Below, one piece after another: positions 9,364-19,586 of a stretch of 64,000 nt of DNA. The first letter of the stretch is position 1, and each line of letters opens with the position of its first letter. Both the position numbers and the translations under genes were made by a program. Under the pieces are notes generated by a model. That model had not been told where the DNA came from, ran no database searches, and saw nothing but the letters and a program-made list of their open reading frames with translations. Source of the stretch: Terriglobales bacterium. Lineage in GTDB: Bacteria > Acidobacteriota > Terriglobia > Terriglobales > SCQP01. Location: the NCBI GenBank assembly GCA_050747905.1, contig JBOGKQ010000003.1:60801-124800 (forward strand), given 5' to 3'.

Positions 9364-9834
9364 TCAGCGCTTACTACGCTTTCGGGCAGAGGTCTTCTTG
9401 CCGGAACGGCCCGCCTTAGAACGCTTACCCGGCGGCAGCGTCCGCGACGACCGGCGCGGAGAGGTCTTGGACCTCTTGCCTGCCTTGGCTGCTTTACGCG
9501 CGGGCGCACGCTTGGCGGCGGGTTTCTTGGCCGCCTTTTTGGCCTTCGCCTTTTTGGCCGCGGGCTTTTTAGCCGCGGATTTTTTGGCGGCTGGCTTCCG
9601 CGCTGCGGTCCTGGCAGGGGGCGCTTTCCGAGCCGGCCTCGTGGGCGCCGGTTTGAGCGGTGCTGGCTCCGGCAACGACACGACGGTTTCCGTCAGCGTG
9701 GCAAAGGTGTCCAGCTCGTCGCCCTCATCGTCGTCGTCGAAACTGTGCACCACGTCGTCGCCGAAATTGAATGGATCCTCGGGATCGTTGGCTGCCGCGG
9801 ACCAGGGATGATGAACTTCCTCGTCGAATCTCAT
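9364..9834 (-). CDS. Disordered protein: acidic N-half, histone H1-like Lys/Ala/Pro C-half
   Basis: DDDDEGDE then PAAKK/AKKAAKK repeats; SD AGGAG upstream. Confidence 0.7.
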   Translation of the reverse strand: MRFDEEVHHPWSAAANDPEDPFNFGDDVVHSFDDDDEGDELDTFATLTETVVSLPEPAPLKPAPTRPARKAPPARTAARKPAAKKSAAKKPAAKKAKAKKAAKKPAAKRAPARKAAKAGKRSKTSPRRSSRTLPPGKRSKAGRSGKKTSARKRSKR

Positions 9835-10055
9835 GCTTGCCTCCTTACTTCAGTTCCCAACACAAAACTCAGCTCCCGATTTGGCGTGGCACGCTTTGCC
9901 CCACGTGCGTGCGACTTTTCTTGGAGAAAAGCCGCATTCGAAATGGCCGCCTGATTACAACAGGTCTGGACCCGCCCTAGAGCTGCCGATGTTGTATACG
10001 CTCCCACATTCTGGCAAGTCCGCAGCAGCGCCGCAAGCGCAAACCCCTCTTTATT

Positions 10056-11588
10056 TTAGCGCCCGGCCTTCCGCCTCGGTCGCGGTACCGGGTAGGGCAG
10101 TGCCAAGGGTGTACCGGCGGGCGGAGCGTGAGCACCGCTGAGGTGATTGACCTCCCACAGGCGCTTCTCGCCGATATGATAGCGGCGAGCCAGCTCGCGC
10201 CAGCTCTCCTCCCTCTTGACCCAATGCAGCCGCCAATAGACGCGGTCGGGAGGGGGAACCGCCTTCATGCCGCGCTGATAACGAGCCAAGGTACCTTGGG
10301 GCAGTTTCAGCACGTAGCCCTTGGGTACGAGATATTGCAGCAGGGCCGGGTTTAAGTGTTGCAGATCTGCCACAGTCACCCGAGCGGATTCGGCCGCCAG
10401 ACGCAGGTCTTCCGGGTCGGTACTGGTAACCGAGTCGTAGGCAATGGCAGGGTCAGGATCAGGATCGGTCACGCCGTATTGCCTCGGGTTCTGAGCAATC
10501 AGCGCGATGGCCAGGATCACCGGCACATAATTGCGCCAACTGCGCGGTAAAGCGCCCATGTCATAGAGCTTGAAGTAGTTGGCATAGCCGGTACGGGCGA
10601 CGATTTCCTCAATGATGCGGGGACCGGTATTGTAGGCGGCCATCGCCAAGTACCAGCTGCCAAACTCGGCATAGAGTGACTTGAGGTGCTGGGCGGCAGC
10701 CTGGGTGGCCATTTTCGGGTCATAACGTTCGTCAATCCAGTGATTGCGCTTGAGGCCATATTCGGCGGCGCGCTCGGGCATGAACTGCCACATGCCGCGG
10801 GCGCCGGCGCTAGAAGTCAACTTGGGATCAAAGCCGCTTTCCAGCTGGGCCAAGTAAATCAGGTCGGTGGGGATGCCTGCCGCGGTGAAGATCTTGTCCA
10901 CCATGCCGCGATAGCGGCCCGAGCGCTGGAACCCTCGCAGCAGATCGCCACGCCCGCGCGTGGTGAAGTAGTGGACATAGCGAAGAACGGGGTCATTGAT
11001 GACCAAGGGGAGTTGGCCGACGGACTGGCGGGCGAGGGAGACGCGGCTGGCCGCTTCCAGCTTGGCTTTGGTTGCCGAATCGAGGGGAAAGGTGAGTTGA
11101 AGAATCTGACTTAAAGGCGACGCTTGCGGTACGGCAGCGGAAAGACCGCCTTCAGCAAGAGCATCGCTCTCCAGCGCCTGAATGCGATCAAGCAGCGAGT
11201 CCAGTTCGATTTGCAGGCGCGGCGTGGCCGGGATATCGAAATTGCTGCCCAGGAGGTGATCCAAGGCGGCATCGAAGCCATGGCGGGCCTCGTCGAGCTG
11301 CCCCTGATGATCAAGTTGGAGCGCGTTCTGATACTGCTGCTCGACGGCAGAAATGAGGGCCGCTATCGGGTCGGGGCGTTCTGGAGCGGGCGAGGCGGGC
11401 GCAAGCCTGGGAGGAGTGGGGAGGGCGGGAGTGGGGCGATGCGGTGTAAGCACTCGCACTGGCGGCGCGGTTGAATGAGGTGCGGCCTGAGGAGCGGACG
11501 GCGGCTGCGGTGCCTGGACGCGGCAGGCCAACCCGCCGCCGAGCAACACGGTCACCATAGCACTCCAACGCCTCACATGGATTGACAT
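10056..11588 (-). CDS. mltD: MltD-like lytic transglycosylase (SLT + LysM)
   Basis: LAQLESGF, ARGMWQFM, LAMAAYN motifs; C-terminal LysM-like region. Confidence 0.85.
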   Translation of the reverse strand: MSIHVRRWSAMVTVLLGGGLACRVQAPQPPSAPQAAPHSTAPPVRVLTPHRPTPALPTPPRLAPASPAPERPDPIAALISAVEQQYQNALQLDHQGQLDEARHGFDAALDHLLGSNFDIPATPRLQIELDSLLDRIQALESDALAEGGLSAAVPQASPLSQILQLTFPLDSATKAKLEAASRVSLARQSVGQLPLVINDPVLRYVHYFTTRGRGDLLRGFQRSGRYRGMVDKIFTAAGIPTDLIYLAQLESGFDPKLTSSAGARGMWQFMPERAAEYGLKRNHWIDERYDPKMATQAAAQHLKSLYAEFGSWYLAMAAYNTGPRIIEEIVARTGYANYFKLYDMGALPRSWRNYVPVILAIALIAQNPRQYGVTDPDPDPAIAYDSVTSTDPEDLRLAAESARVTVADLQHLNPALLQYLVPKGYVLKLPQGTLARYQRGMKAVPPPDRVYWRLHWVKREESWRELARRYHIGEKRLWEVNHLSGAHAPPAGTPLALPYPVPRPRRKAGR

Positions 11589-11614
11589 CCGAGATTCAGA
11601 TTACCGGAACCGCG

Positions 11615-12667
11615 TCAGGCCCGCAGGGGAAGCATGCCGGCTTCCTTTCTGCGTGCGAGGCGGTTGGGTTTGCGCCCCGACGCTGATACGGATAAGGGCA
11701 ATTGGCGGCGCAGCAAGGGTGGCAAGTCCGAACGCTGGCGCAGCGTGGCCTCCGCCTGTTCGAGCGAAGCCCGGACCAGCTCCTCGCTGCGGCCGGAAAA
11801 CTGCGCCAGCTCCTGCGGACGGAAGCCTTCGAGCAGGTAGAGAACCAAGTCGTGTCGCTGGACAGGAGGCAGCGGCGCCAGCGCAGCCGCCAAGCGCGCC
11901 ATCGCTTCGACCTCGGCAGCGTTTTCTTCCGGATCGGCGTTGGCCGAAGCCACGCGGTCTTCCAGCCGCAGGGTTTCTTCCGTTTCATCGCCGCTACGGG
12001 CCGCTGGCCCATCTGCTTGATCCAGCGACCGGTGCAGTTGGCCGTGGTGCCGCTCCCCGTAGGTGCGGCTGAGATTGCGGATAGCCGCGGCACACAGCAG
12101 TAGAAGCCAGCGCCCACGGTTTAACTGTAGTTCGGCGGGACCGGCATCAAGCGCCGCGACCACGACTTCGTTGAGCACCTCGCTCGGCTCCAGCCAGTCA
12201 GAGGGAAGTTCGCCCAAGTGTTCGCGCAGGGCAATCTGGCGGCGGACAAACGCGAGCAGATGGGCGTAATGGGCTCCAAAGTAAGCGGCCAAATCGGAGG
12301 ACTGCACCGCCGGTGACGGGACCGGCGCCACACGGGCCGGGCGGGTGCGAACATGAAAGCGGGGCCGCGTCTCGCGCAGCCGCTGCTTATGACGATGGAG
12401 CTGGCGCACCAGGTCCTCACTGGCGGCGCGCATCGCCACAGCCGCGGTCGGCGCATTACTTTCGCTGCTCAATTGGCCGGTGGGCAGGTGCAGATTGAGG
12501 CGGCAGCAGACGCCTTCGCGGCTGGTGTGGCGAACCAGCCGGCCCTGCAAGTGCACTAGCTCGGGTTGAAACACCATCAACAACGTCTCCAACTTGTGCT
12601 GGAGGCGACCCACGACCTGATTGATCTCGGGCGAACGCGGAACTTGCACGGTCATGTGAAGGTTCAT
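11615..12667 (-). CDS. HPF/RaiA-like domain fused to ECF-sigma-like regions 2 and 4
   Basis: CRLNLHLPTGQL..SEDLVRQLHRHKQRLR; LPPVQRHDLVLYLLEGFRPQELAQFSGRS. Confidence 0.7.
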   Translation of the reverse strand: MNLHMTVQVPRSPEINQVVGRLQHKLETLLMVFQPELVHLQGRLVRHTSREGVCCRLNLHLPTGQLSSESNAPTAAVAMRAASEDLVRQLHRHKQRLRETRPRFHVRTRPARVAPVPSPAVQSSDLAAYFGAHYAHLLAFVRRQIALREHLGELPSDWLEPSEVLNEVVVAALDAGPAELQLNRGRWLLLLCAAAIRNLSRTYGERHHGQLHRSLDQADGPAARSGDETEETLRLEDRVASANADPEENAAEVEAMARLAAALAPLPPVQRHDLVLYLLEGFRPQELAQFSGRSEELVRASLEQAEATLRQRSDLPPLLRRQLPLSVSASGRKPNRLARRKEAGMLPLRA

Positions 12668-13485
12668 CGAGGTGACCTTTCCGTCTGTCTATGCGGTTTG
12701 ACGCTCGCCAGAGCCGGACGGCTGCGGGGAAATTTTACGCCGGCACGGGCACGCGCGTGATAGTGCCACAACGCGGTGCCTACCGCCAGGGTGCCTGAAT
12801 AGGCGATACCGGATTTGGCGGCTAAGCCATACCCGGCAGGAATCAGTCCAACCAGCTCGCGAGCCAGCGCACGCCACCCCAACGCGCCCACCAGGATGGC
12901 GCCGATCTGGCCAGACTGGGCGCGCCAGCCGACTTCCTGCCCACGCAACGCAGCCAACTCGAAGGCCAGCACCACCTGGTTGGCCGTGAGCAACACCGAA
13001 TCCGAACCCATTTCGCCCAGGGCCAACAGCAAGCTGAGAGGATTGGGAATCACTTCCGGGAGTGCGCTGATGGCCGCCAAGGCGGCATTGCGGGCGGCCA
13101 CGGCTTGAATCAAGTCATGCGCCAAAAGTTCCCGAAATGGAGGAAACGTACGCGCCAGCGCCAGCCGGAACCGGGGATACGAGCGCAGCAACTCGCGAAA
13201 ACCTGAGTCGGGATTAGCGGGGTCCACCCTGACTCCGGCGCCGCCCGGCACTCGAGGACCGCACACGCGCACATCGGCGACAGTGCCGTGTGCGGCCATG
13301 TGTTCAAGGGCGCGGTCGCGCTCGTGTCCGCGCAGCTCATCAGGAACGAACACTCGGATCAGGGCATCGTGTTCGGCCGCGCCGGCGCCTTGCAATTCCA
13401 GCCGGAAGGGCCGCTCGGCATCCTGGCGGATGCGTGAAGGCTTCATGGAACGTGCCTTCTGGAGGCTTTGCTTGAGCATACCCAT
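12664..13485 (-). CDS. Conserved hypothetical protein with hydrophobic C-terminal half (DUF697/EcsC-like)
   Basis: WRALARELVGLIPAGYGLAAKSGIAYSGT; ATGA overlap with next gene; start uncertain (13485 or 13530). Confidence 0.55.
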   Translation of the reverse strand: MGMLKQSLQKARSMKPSRIRQDAERPFRLELQGAGAAEHDALIRVFVPDELRGHERDRALEHMAAHGTVADVRVCGPRVPGGAGVRVDPANPDSGFRELLRSYPRFRLALARTFPPFRELLAHDLIQAVAARNAALAAISALPEVIPNPLSLLLALGEMGSDSVLLTANQVVLAFELAALRGQEVGWRAQSGQIGAILVGALGWRALARELVGLIPAGYGLAAKSGIAYSGTLAVGTALWHYHARARAGVKFPRSRPALASVKPHRQTERSPR

Positions 13486-13568
13486 AGCTCTACTTGCCCT
13501 CCCTTCTTGCAACTGACCTTTATGATGCACCCATTCCGGCAGAACGACTACAATGCCAATGGGAAGTT

Positions 13569-13841
13569 ATGGCCACGGTGTGCTTTGAGGTGTATGGAAG
13601 AGTGCAGGGCGTGGGATTTCGCTACTTTGCCCAACGCCAGGCCAATACCTTGGGATTGGGCGGATGGGTACGGAACCGCGAGGACGGATCCGTAGAAATC
13701 ATGGCTTGCGGCGATGCAGATGCCTTGGACGAAATGGAAGGACGGTTGCGGAAGGGGCCGTCCGGCGCGGCGGTGCGCAGGCTGATCCGTGGTGCAGCGG
13801 AGGAAGCGGCGGCATGGAAGGACTTCAGGATCTTGGAATGA
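13569..13841 (+). CDS. acyP: Acylphosphatase
   Basis: [21 protein letters not shown]. Confidence 0.92.
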   Translation: MATVCFEVYGRVQGVGFRYFAQRQANTLGLGGWVRNREDGSVEIMACGDADALDEMEGRLRKGPSGAAVRRLIRGAAEEAAAWKDFRILE

Positions 13842-14404
13842 AAGAAACGATATCCGACATGGCTACGGCGCCCCTTGATGCGAGCCACGAGCTGAAAAAG
13901 TTCATCCGCGAAGTGCCAGATTTCCCCAAGCCCGGCATTTTGTTTTATGACATCACTACCCTGTTAAAGCAGCCCGGACCCTTTGCGCGCTTGGTGGACC
14001 TTCTGGCGCAGCACTACGCAGGTCAGAACATTGCGGTGGTGGCGGGCATTGAGGCACGGGGATTCATTTTTGGACCGGCGCTCGCCTATCATCTGGGTGC
14101 CGGATTTGTGCCCATCCGCAAACCACACAAGCTGCCAGCGGCGACCGAGGCGGTTGAATACAGCCTGGAATACGGCGCCGATCGGATCGAAATCCACCGC
14201 GATGCGGTTGCTCCAGGGCAGCGGGTGCTGATCGTGGACGACCTGATCGCCACCGGAGGCACGGCGGTGGCGAGCGCGCAACTGGTGGAAAAACTTGGCG
14301 GCGTGGTCGCGGGGCTGGCGTTTGTGGTGGAGCTGACGTTTTTGCACGGACGCGAAAAGCTGAGCCGTTACGACGTGTTCTCACTGCTGCGATACGACCA
14401 ATGA
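13838..14404 (+). CDS. apt: Adenine phosphoribosyltransferase
   Basis: [33 protein letters not shown]. Confidence 0.95.
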   Translation: MKETISDMATAPLDASHELKKFIREVPDFPKPGILFYDITTLLKQPGPFARLVDLLAQHYAGQNIAVVAGIEARGFIFGPALAYHLGAGFVPIRKPHKLPAATEAVEYSLEYGADRIEIHRDAVAPGQRVLIVDDLIATGGTAVASAQLVEKLGGVVAGLAFVVELTFLHGREKLSRYDVFSLLRYDQ

Positions 14405-15138
14405 AATCCAGCCGGACGCTTGCGGGCGTGCACGCGGTCGAGGAGGCGCTGCGCGCGGGAGCGCCGCTGCGCTACGTGGCCTTCAGCCGTGACCGCAGAG
14501 ACCGGAGGATCCTAGAACTGGTGCAGACAGCACGCCGCGCGGGCGTGCCGGTGCGTTTTGAAACTGTTGCCGCGATGGACCAACTGGCGGAAGGAGTCCG
14601 GCACCAGGGTGTGGTAGCGGTGGCGGCGGCCCGGGCCATGCTGGCGCTGGAGGATTTGCTTGCTGATGCCCCGCGCAAGCTGTTGCTGGCGTGCGACGGC
14701 ATCGAGGACGCGCACAACCTTGGCGCCATCGTGCGCGCCGCCTGCGGCGCGGGCGTAGATGGACTGTTGCTACCCGAACGCCGCGCCGCCGGGCTGACGG
14801 CCACGGTCGAGCGCGTTTCGGCGGGCGCGCTGGAGTACGTGCGGACGGCGCAAGTTGGTAATTTGGCGCAGGCACTCAAACAATGCAAGGCGGCGGGCTG
14901 GTGGATCGTGGGCCTCGAGGGCGAGGCGGCAACCGACCTCTGGGTGCACGACTTTACGCCGCCCACGGTGCTGGTGGTGGGCGCGGAGGAACGCGGCCTG
15001 CACGCGCTGACGCGCAAACTCTGCGATGCGCGTGTGCGCATTCCGCTGGCGCCGGGAGTGACCGCGCTCAATGCGTCGGTGGCGGCGGCCGTGGCGCTGT
15101 TTGAGGCGGTGCGGCAGCGCTCAAGCAAGCGGCCATAA
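14401..15138 (+). CDS. rlmB: 23S rRNA Gm2251 methyltransferase (SpoU family)
   Basis: [40 protein letters not shown]. Confidence 0.9.
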   Translation: MKSSRTLAGVHAVEEALRAGAPLRYVAFSRDRRDRRILELVQTARRAGVPVRFETVAAMDQLAEGVRHQGVVAVAAARAMLALEDLLADAPRKLLLACDGIEDAHNLGAIVRAACGAGVDGLLLPERRAAGLTATVERVSAGALEYVRTAQVGNLAQALKQCKAAGWWIVGLEGEAATDLWVHDFTPPTVLVVGAEERGLHALTRKLCDARVRIPLAPGVTALNASVAAAVALFEAVRQRSSKRP

Positions 15139-15269
15139 GGCGGGGGCGGCAACGCATCCGGCCGCTGCGCGCTCCAGCCGGTGCAGCGCCGTGCGCGAGG
15201 TTTGCTAGCCTCTGGCGGAGGCCGCGCCGCGGCTGGCATAATAGAGCTTCCCACTAGGAGTGAATCCGC

Positions 15270-15833
15270 ATGGCCATGTCCGCCAACCAGATGCGCCCGG
15301 GGATGGTGATCATCCACAACGGCGAATTGTATTCCGTTTTCAGCATCACCCACCGCACGCCGGGCAACCTGCGCGCCTTCGTGCAGGCAAAAATCCGCAA
15401 CCTGCGCACCGGCGGGCTGATCGAGTACCGCTTCCGCTCCGACGACCGGGTCGAACGGGCGACGCTCGATGAGGTAGAAATGGAGTATCTCTACAACGAC
15501 GGGGATGCATTTTGTTTCATGAACACCAAAAACTATGAACAGACACATCTCAACCGGGACACGCTGGGCGATGCGGTCCACTACTTGATCGCCAACCTGA
15601 AGATCAACGTGGAGTTCTACGAGGGCAAGGCGGTATCGGTGGAGCTGCCGCAAACTGTGGATCTGGAAGTTACCGAGACCGAACCCGGCCTGAAGGGCGC
15701 TACCGTGAGCAACGTGACCAAGGCGGCAACGCTAGAAACCGGGCTGGTGGTGCAGGTACCGCCGTTTGTGGAGACAGGGGAGAAAATCCGCGTGGGCACG
15801 GCCGAGGGAACGTATTTGGAGCGGGTGAAGTAA
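15270..15833 (+). CDS. efp: Elongation factor P
   Basis: HRTPGNLRAFVQ, LETGLVVQVPPF; SD AGGAG. Confidence 0.95.
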   Translation: MAMSANQMRPGMVIIHNGELYSVFSITHRTPGNLRAFVQAKIRNLRTGGLIEYRFRSDDRVERATLDEVEMEYLYNDGDAFCFMNTKNYEQTHLNRDTLGDAVHYLIANLKINVEFYEGKAVSVELPQTVDLEVTETEPGLKGATVSNVTKAATLETGLVVQVPPFVETGEKIRVGTAEGTYLERVK

Positions 15834-15897
15834 CGCGCGGGCGACTTTGGATATAAAATATTCTGGAGAAGAGAGAAGAGAAAGGACACGCTACGAT

Positions 15898-17484
15898 ATG
15901 GCTACCGCACCCGTTGAGACTATCCTGGGCTTTCCGGAACTCGACTCCGCCCGCCCGATTTCCAACCTTGCCCCGGCCGCGCTGATTGAGCAGATCCTGG
16001 CCCGCCAGGAGGCGCAATTGAGCGCCCGCGGGGCGGTGACGGCAGCCACGGGCAAATTCACCGGCCGCACGCCTCCCAACCGCTTCATCGTAATGGACGA
16101 GCTGACGGCCGACAAGGTCGCTTGGGGGAAGGTGAACCAGCGTATCAGCCCGGAGTCCTTCGAGAAGGTGCGGTCCCGGATGGGCCAGTATGTGCGGGGG
16201 CGGGAGGTGTTCGTCCAGGATCTGTACGCCGGCGGCGATCCCGCCTACCGGCTCAAGGTGCGGGTAGTGAACGAGCTGGCCTGGCATAACTTGTTTGTCC
16301 ACCAACTGTTTCTGCGGCCTACGGCGGAGGAACGGCAAACGTTCAGTCCCGACTTCACCATCGTCTCGATGCCGGGGTGTAGCGCAGTGCCGGCCGAGGA
16401 TGGCACCAAGACCGGCACATACATTCTGATCAACTTCACCCGCCGCATGATCCTGATTGGCGGCACCTACTACGCCGGAGAGATGAAAAAATCCATCTTC
16501 GGAGTAATGAACTTTCTGCTGCCGCAACGCGGCGTGATGGGCATGCACTGCTCGGCCAATGTAGGACCGGACGGCGACACAGCCATCTTTTTCGGCCTTT
16601 CCGGCACCGGAAAGACGACGCTGTCGGCCGATCAGGGGCGGCGGCTCATTGGCGATGACGAGCACGGCTGGGGCTCGAACGGGGTGTTCAACTTCGAGGG
16701 CGGTTGTTACGCCAAGTGCATCCATTTGTCAGAAAAGGGCGAGCCGGAGATATGGAACGCGATCCGCTTCGGGACGGTGCTCGAGAACGTGATCCTCGAT
16801 CCGCAGACGCGTGTGCCCGATTTTGACGATCAGAGACTGACGGAAAATACGCGAGCGGCCTATCCGATCAACTACATTGACAATGCCATCCTCAGCTCGC
16901 GCGGCACGCATCCCCGCAATGTCGTGCTGCTGACCGCCGACGCTTTTGGCGTGCTGCCGCCGATTGCGCGCCTGAGCGTGCCGCAGGCCATGTACCACTT
17001 CCTGTCCGGCTATACCGCCAAGCTGGCGGGCACTGAGGCCGGCGTGACCGAGCCCAAGGCAACGTTCAGCACCTGCTTCGCCGAACCCTTCTTACCGCTG
17101 CCGCCGAGCACCTACGCCACCATGCTGGGTGAGCGGGTGCGCCAACACAAAGCGCAATGTTGGCTGATTAATACGGGTTGGACGGGCGGCGCCTACGGCA
17201 CCGGCAAGCGCATGTCGCTGGAATACACCCGCACCATGGTGCGCGCCGCGCTGGCGGGCAAGCTGGACCAGGCCACCTACACACCCGACCCGATTTTTGG
17301 CTTGCCGATTCCCGACGCCGTGCCGGGCGTGCCCTCGAGCGTGCTCAACCCGCGCAACACCTGGAAAGACGGCGCCGAGTACGAAAAGTCAGCCCGCAAG
17401 CTAGCGACGCTGTTCCGCGAGAACTTTGCACAGTTTGAAAATGTACCCGAAGAGATCGTCGCGGCGGGGCCGAAGGCGCAATAG
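15898..17484 (+). CDS. pckA: Phosphoenolpyruvate carboxykinase (ATP)
   Basis: GEMKKS, FFGLSGTGKTTLS, LIGDDEHGW, NFEGGCYAK. Confidence 0.95.
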   Translation: MATAPVETILGFPELDSARPISNLAPAALIEQILARQEAQLSARGAVTAATGKFTGRTPPNRFIVMDELTADKVAWGKVNQRISPESFEKVRSRMGQYVRGREVFVQDLYAGGDPAYRLKVRVVNELAWHNLFVHQLFLRPTAEERQTFSPDFTIVSMPGCSAVPAEDGTKTGTYILINFTRRMILIGGTYYAGEMKKSIFGVMNFLLPQRGVMGMHCSANVGPDGDTAIFFGLSGTGKTTLSADQGRRLIGDDEHGWGSNGVFNFEGGCYAKCIHLSEKGEPEIWNAIRFGTVLENVILDPQTRVPDFDDQRLTENTRAAYPINYIDNAILSSRGTHPRNVVLLTADAFGVLPPIARLSVPQAMYHFLSGYTAKLAGTEAGVTEPKATFSTCFAEPFLPLPPSTYATMLGERVRQHKAQCWLINTGWTGGAYGTGKRMSLEYTRTMVRAALAGKLDQATYTPDPIFGLPIPDAVPGVPSSVLNPRNTWKDGAEYEKSARKLATLFRENFAQFENVPEEIVAAGPKAQ

Positions 17485-17533
17485 CCCGGCGTGAGAGCAA
17501 ACCCAGCGTTGGTGTAGCGCGCTGGGGGCAAGC

Positions 17534-17567
17534 GCTTGCGGCTTTTCCTGATGTCAAAGCCGCAAGC
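17534..17567. terminator. 12-bp perfect hairpin between convergent pckA and kinase genes; likely bidirectional terminator
   Basis: GCTTGCGGCTTT-N10-AAAGCCGCAAGC. Confidence 0.65.
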
Positions 17568-17597
17568 CGAGCGTTCCGCCGTGCTCCTGGTTTTGCT

Positions 17598-18938
17598 CTA
17601 GATGCCCGCGTCGGCGGTGATCTGGGTGGAGTCGGGAGCGGCGGATTCGAGGCGCGGCAAAACGAAACGCACGAGCGTGCCCTCGCCGGCCCGGCTGCGG
17701 ATTTCCAGCTCGGCCGCATCGCCATAGAGGACCTGGAGCCGCTCGCGCACGTTGCTCAAGCCAATGCCGTGGCCGGGCTGGGAGGCGGCCGCGTGCAGGC
17801 CGACGCCATTATCTTCGACCTCCAGCTCCAGCACCTGGCGCTGGCGGCGCCAGGCTTGGCGCGCGCGCACACGCACCCAGCCACCTTCGACTTTAGGTGC
17901 GATGCCGTGCCGGATGGAGTTTTCCACCACGGGTTGCAAGAGCATGCTGGGCACCAGGTGTTCCAGCGCCTCGGGCTCGATGATTTTTTCAAAGCGCAGC
18001 TTGTCCGGCCCAAAGCGCACGATCTCGATGTCCAAATAATCGTCCATGAAGGCCACCTCCTCGCGCAATGGCAGAAAACTTTCGTGTTTGCGCAGCATGC
18101 GGCGCAAAATGTTGGAGAGTTTGACGATCAACACCCTTGCCGTGTCCGGATCCACGCGCACGAGGGAGGCGACCGAGTTCAGTGTATTGAACAAAAAATG
18201 GGGATTGATCTGACTGGTGAGCGCGTCAAGACGCGCCTGCACCAGCAGACGGCGCTGGGCTTCGAGCTTGCGCTCGATGCGCGTGTTGTCCCAGATTTTG
18301 ATGGGGACGGCAAGGGCAAGAATGTTGGTCACGACCACCGCGACCACCGTCCAAAAGCCGTGCGGCTGGGGAGCATATAAGCGTGTCGGTTGCAGCCGCT
18401 TCAACTCCAGCTCAAGCAGCGTGCAGGCCACCACTAGCGCAAACACCAGCGCCTGCCAGTCGCGGAAGGGACGATCGAGGCGGTTGCGCAGCCAGCGCCA
18501 CAACTCCAGGTCAATAAACGGGGAAAAGGCCCAGATCTCCTCCTGATTGGGCGCGGCGTGACGCAACAACCCGCCCACCCATCCGCCCAGCAGCAGCATG
18601 GGCAGGGTGAGCCATTCGCCTCCTGCCACGACGGCGGGCAACGCGATAATCGCGCCGCCCAGCAACCCGGCGCGATAGCCACCCATGAGGCCTATCAGCA
18701 GCGCGCCCGCCAGGCTGACGTCGGCGGCCTGGAAGGAGGGGACGGCGAGGCGGATCCACACCCCGCCCATAAGCGGCAGCGCCACAAACAGCATGAAGGC
18801 GAAGCGCTGGCGCCAGCGTTGGTGGTCGGCAAACAGGCAGCGCTGGAAGGCCACCGAGCGCACCAATACGGCGGCGATGGCGGCAATCACCGCCAGGTTG
18901 AGCAGTAGCGAGATCAGTAGCAGACGCTCGCCGGGCAT
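17598..18938 (-). CDS. LytS/YehU-type membrane sensor histidine kinase
   Basis: SQINPHFLFNTLN, LQPVVENSIRHG, GIGLSNVRERL. Confidence 0.9.
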   Translation of the reverse strand: MPGERLLLISLLLNLAVIAAIAAVLVRSVAFQRCLFADHQRWRQRFAFMLFVALPLMGGVWIRLAVPSFQAADVSLAGALLIGLMGGYRAGLLGGAIIALPAVVAGGEWLTLPMLLLGGWVGGLLRHAAPNQEEIWAFSPFIDLELWRWLRNRLDRPFRDWQALVFALVVACTLLELELKRLQPTRLYAPQPHGFWTVVAVVVTNILALAVPIKIWDNTRIERKLEAQRRLLVQARLDALTSQINPHFLFNTLNSVASLVRVDPDTARVLIVKLSNILRRMLRKHESFLPLREEVAFMDDYLDIEIVRFGPDKLRFEKIIEPEALEHLVPSMLLQPVVENSIRHGIAPKVEGGWVRVRARQAWRRQRQVLELEVEDNGVGLHAAASQPGHGIGLSNVRERLQVLYGDAAELEIRSRAGEGTLVRFVLPRLESAAPDSTQITADAGI

Positions 18939-18970
18939 AGGCGCAAGTTCCCTATAATTACAACAGAACT

Positions 18971-19561
18971 GTGACCGAACTCACCCTGCAACTTGCCGCC
19001 GAGGCGGATTTCCCCACGCGCTGGGCACACTTCCGTATTTTTGGATTTTCCCTCGGCTCCGATAGCGCCGTGGCCCTGCGGCTAGCTGAGCGACCGGTGC
19101 CGGCGCCGCTGGTGCGCATTCATTCGCAATGCCTGACGGGCGACGTATTCGCTTCTCTGCGCTGCGATTGCCGCCAGCAGTTGGAAATGGCGCTCGGGGC
19201 TATCGCGTCGGAGGGCGCGGGCGTGCTTATCTACGAGGACAAGGAGGGGCGCGGTATCGGATTGCTGAACAAGCTGCGTGCGTATGCGCTGCAGGATGCC
19301 GGCGCGGATACGGTCGAGGCGAACGAAAAGCTGGGATTTGCCCCCGACGCGCGCGATTACGCTCTGCCCGCCGCCATCCTGCGCCATCTCGGGTTGCAGC
19401 GCGTACGTTTGCTGTCGAACAATCCTGACAAGGTGCGGGCGCTCGAGGCGGGCGGGATTGAAGTGGCCGAGCGCGTGCCGTGTCATGCCGAGGCGCTCTC
19501 GCCGCAGGCGCGCGAGTACCTGGAGGTGAAGCGCGAAAAACTCGGCCACTTTGCCAGCTAG
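18971..19561 (+). CDS. ribA: GTP cyclohydrolase II
   Basis: VRIHSQCLTGDVF.SLRCDC, EGRGIGLLNK, LLSNNPDK. Confidence 0.95.
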   Translation: MTELTLQLAAEADFPTRWAHFRIFGFSLGSDSAVALRLAERPVPAPLVRIHSQCLTGDVFASLRCDCRQQLEMALGAIASEGAGVLIYEDKEGRGIGLLNKLRAYALQDAGADTVEANEKLGFAPDARDYALPAAILRHLGLQRVRLLSNNPDKVRALEAGGIEVAERVPCHAEALSPQAREYLEVKREKLGHFAS

Positions 19562-19565
19562 AGCG

Positions 19566-19584
19566 CCCCTGGCCCCAACCCGAC
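19566..19584 (-). repeat. 19-nt fragment (G) of the element central hairpin between convergent stop codons
   Basis: CCCCTGGCCCCAACCCGAC, exact match to copy A. Confidence 0.6.
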
Positions 19585-19586
19585 AG

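Noticed and set aside
9420-9620. Nucleotide repeats in the AKK-rich region as a separate repeat element
   Set aside because: Explained by low-complexity protein coding
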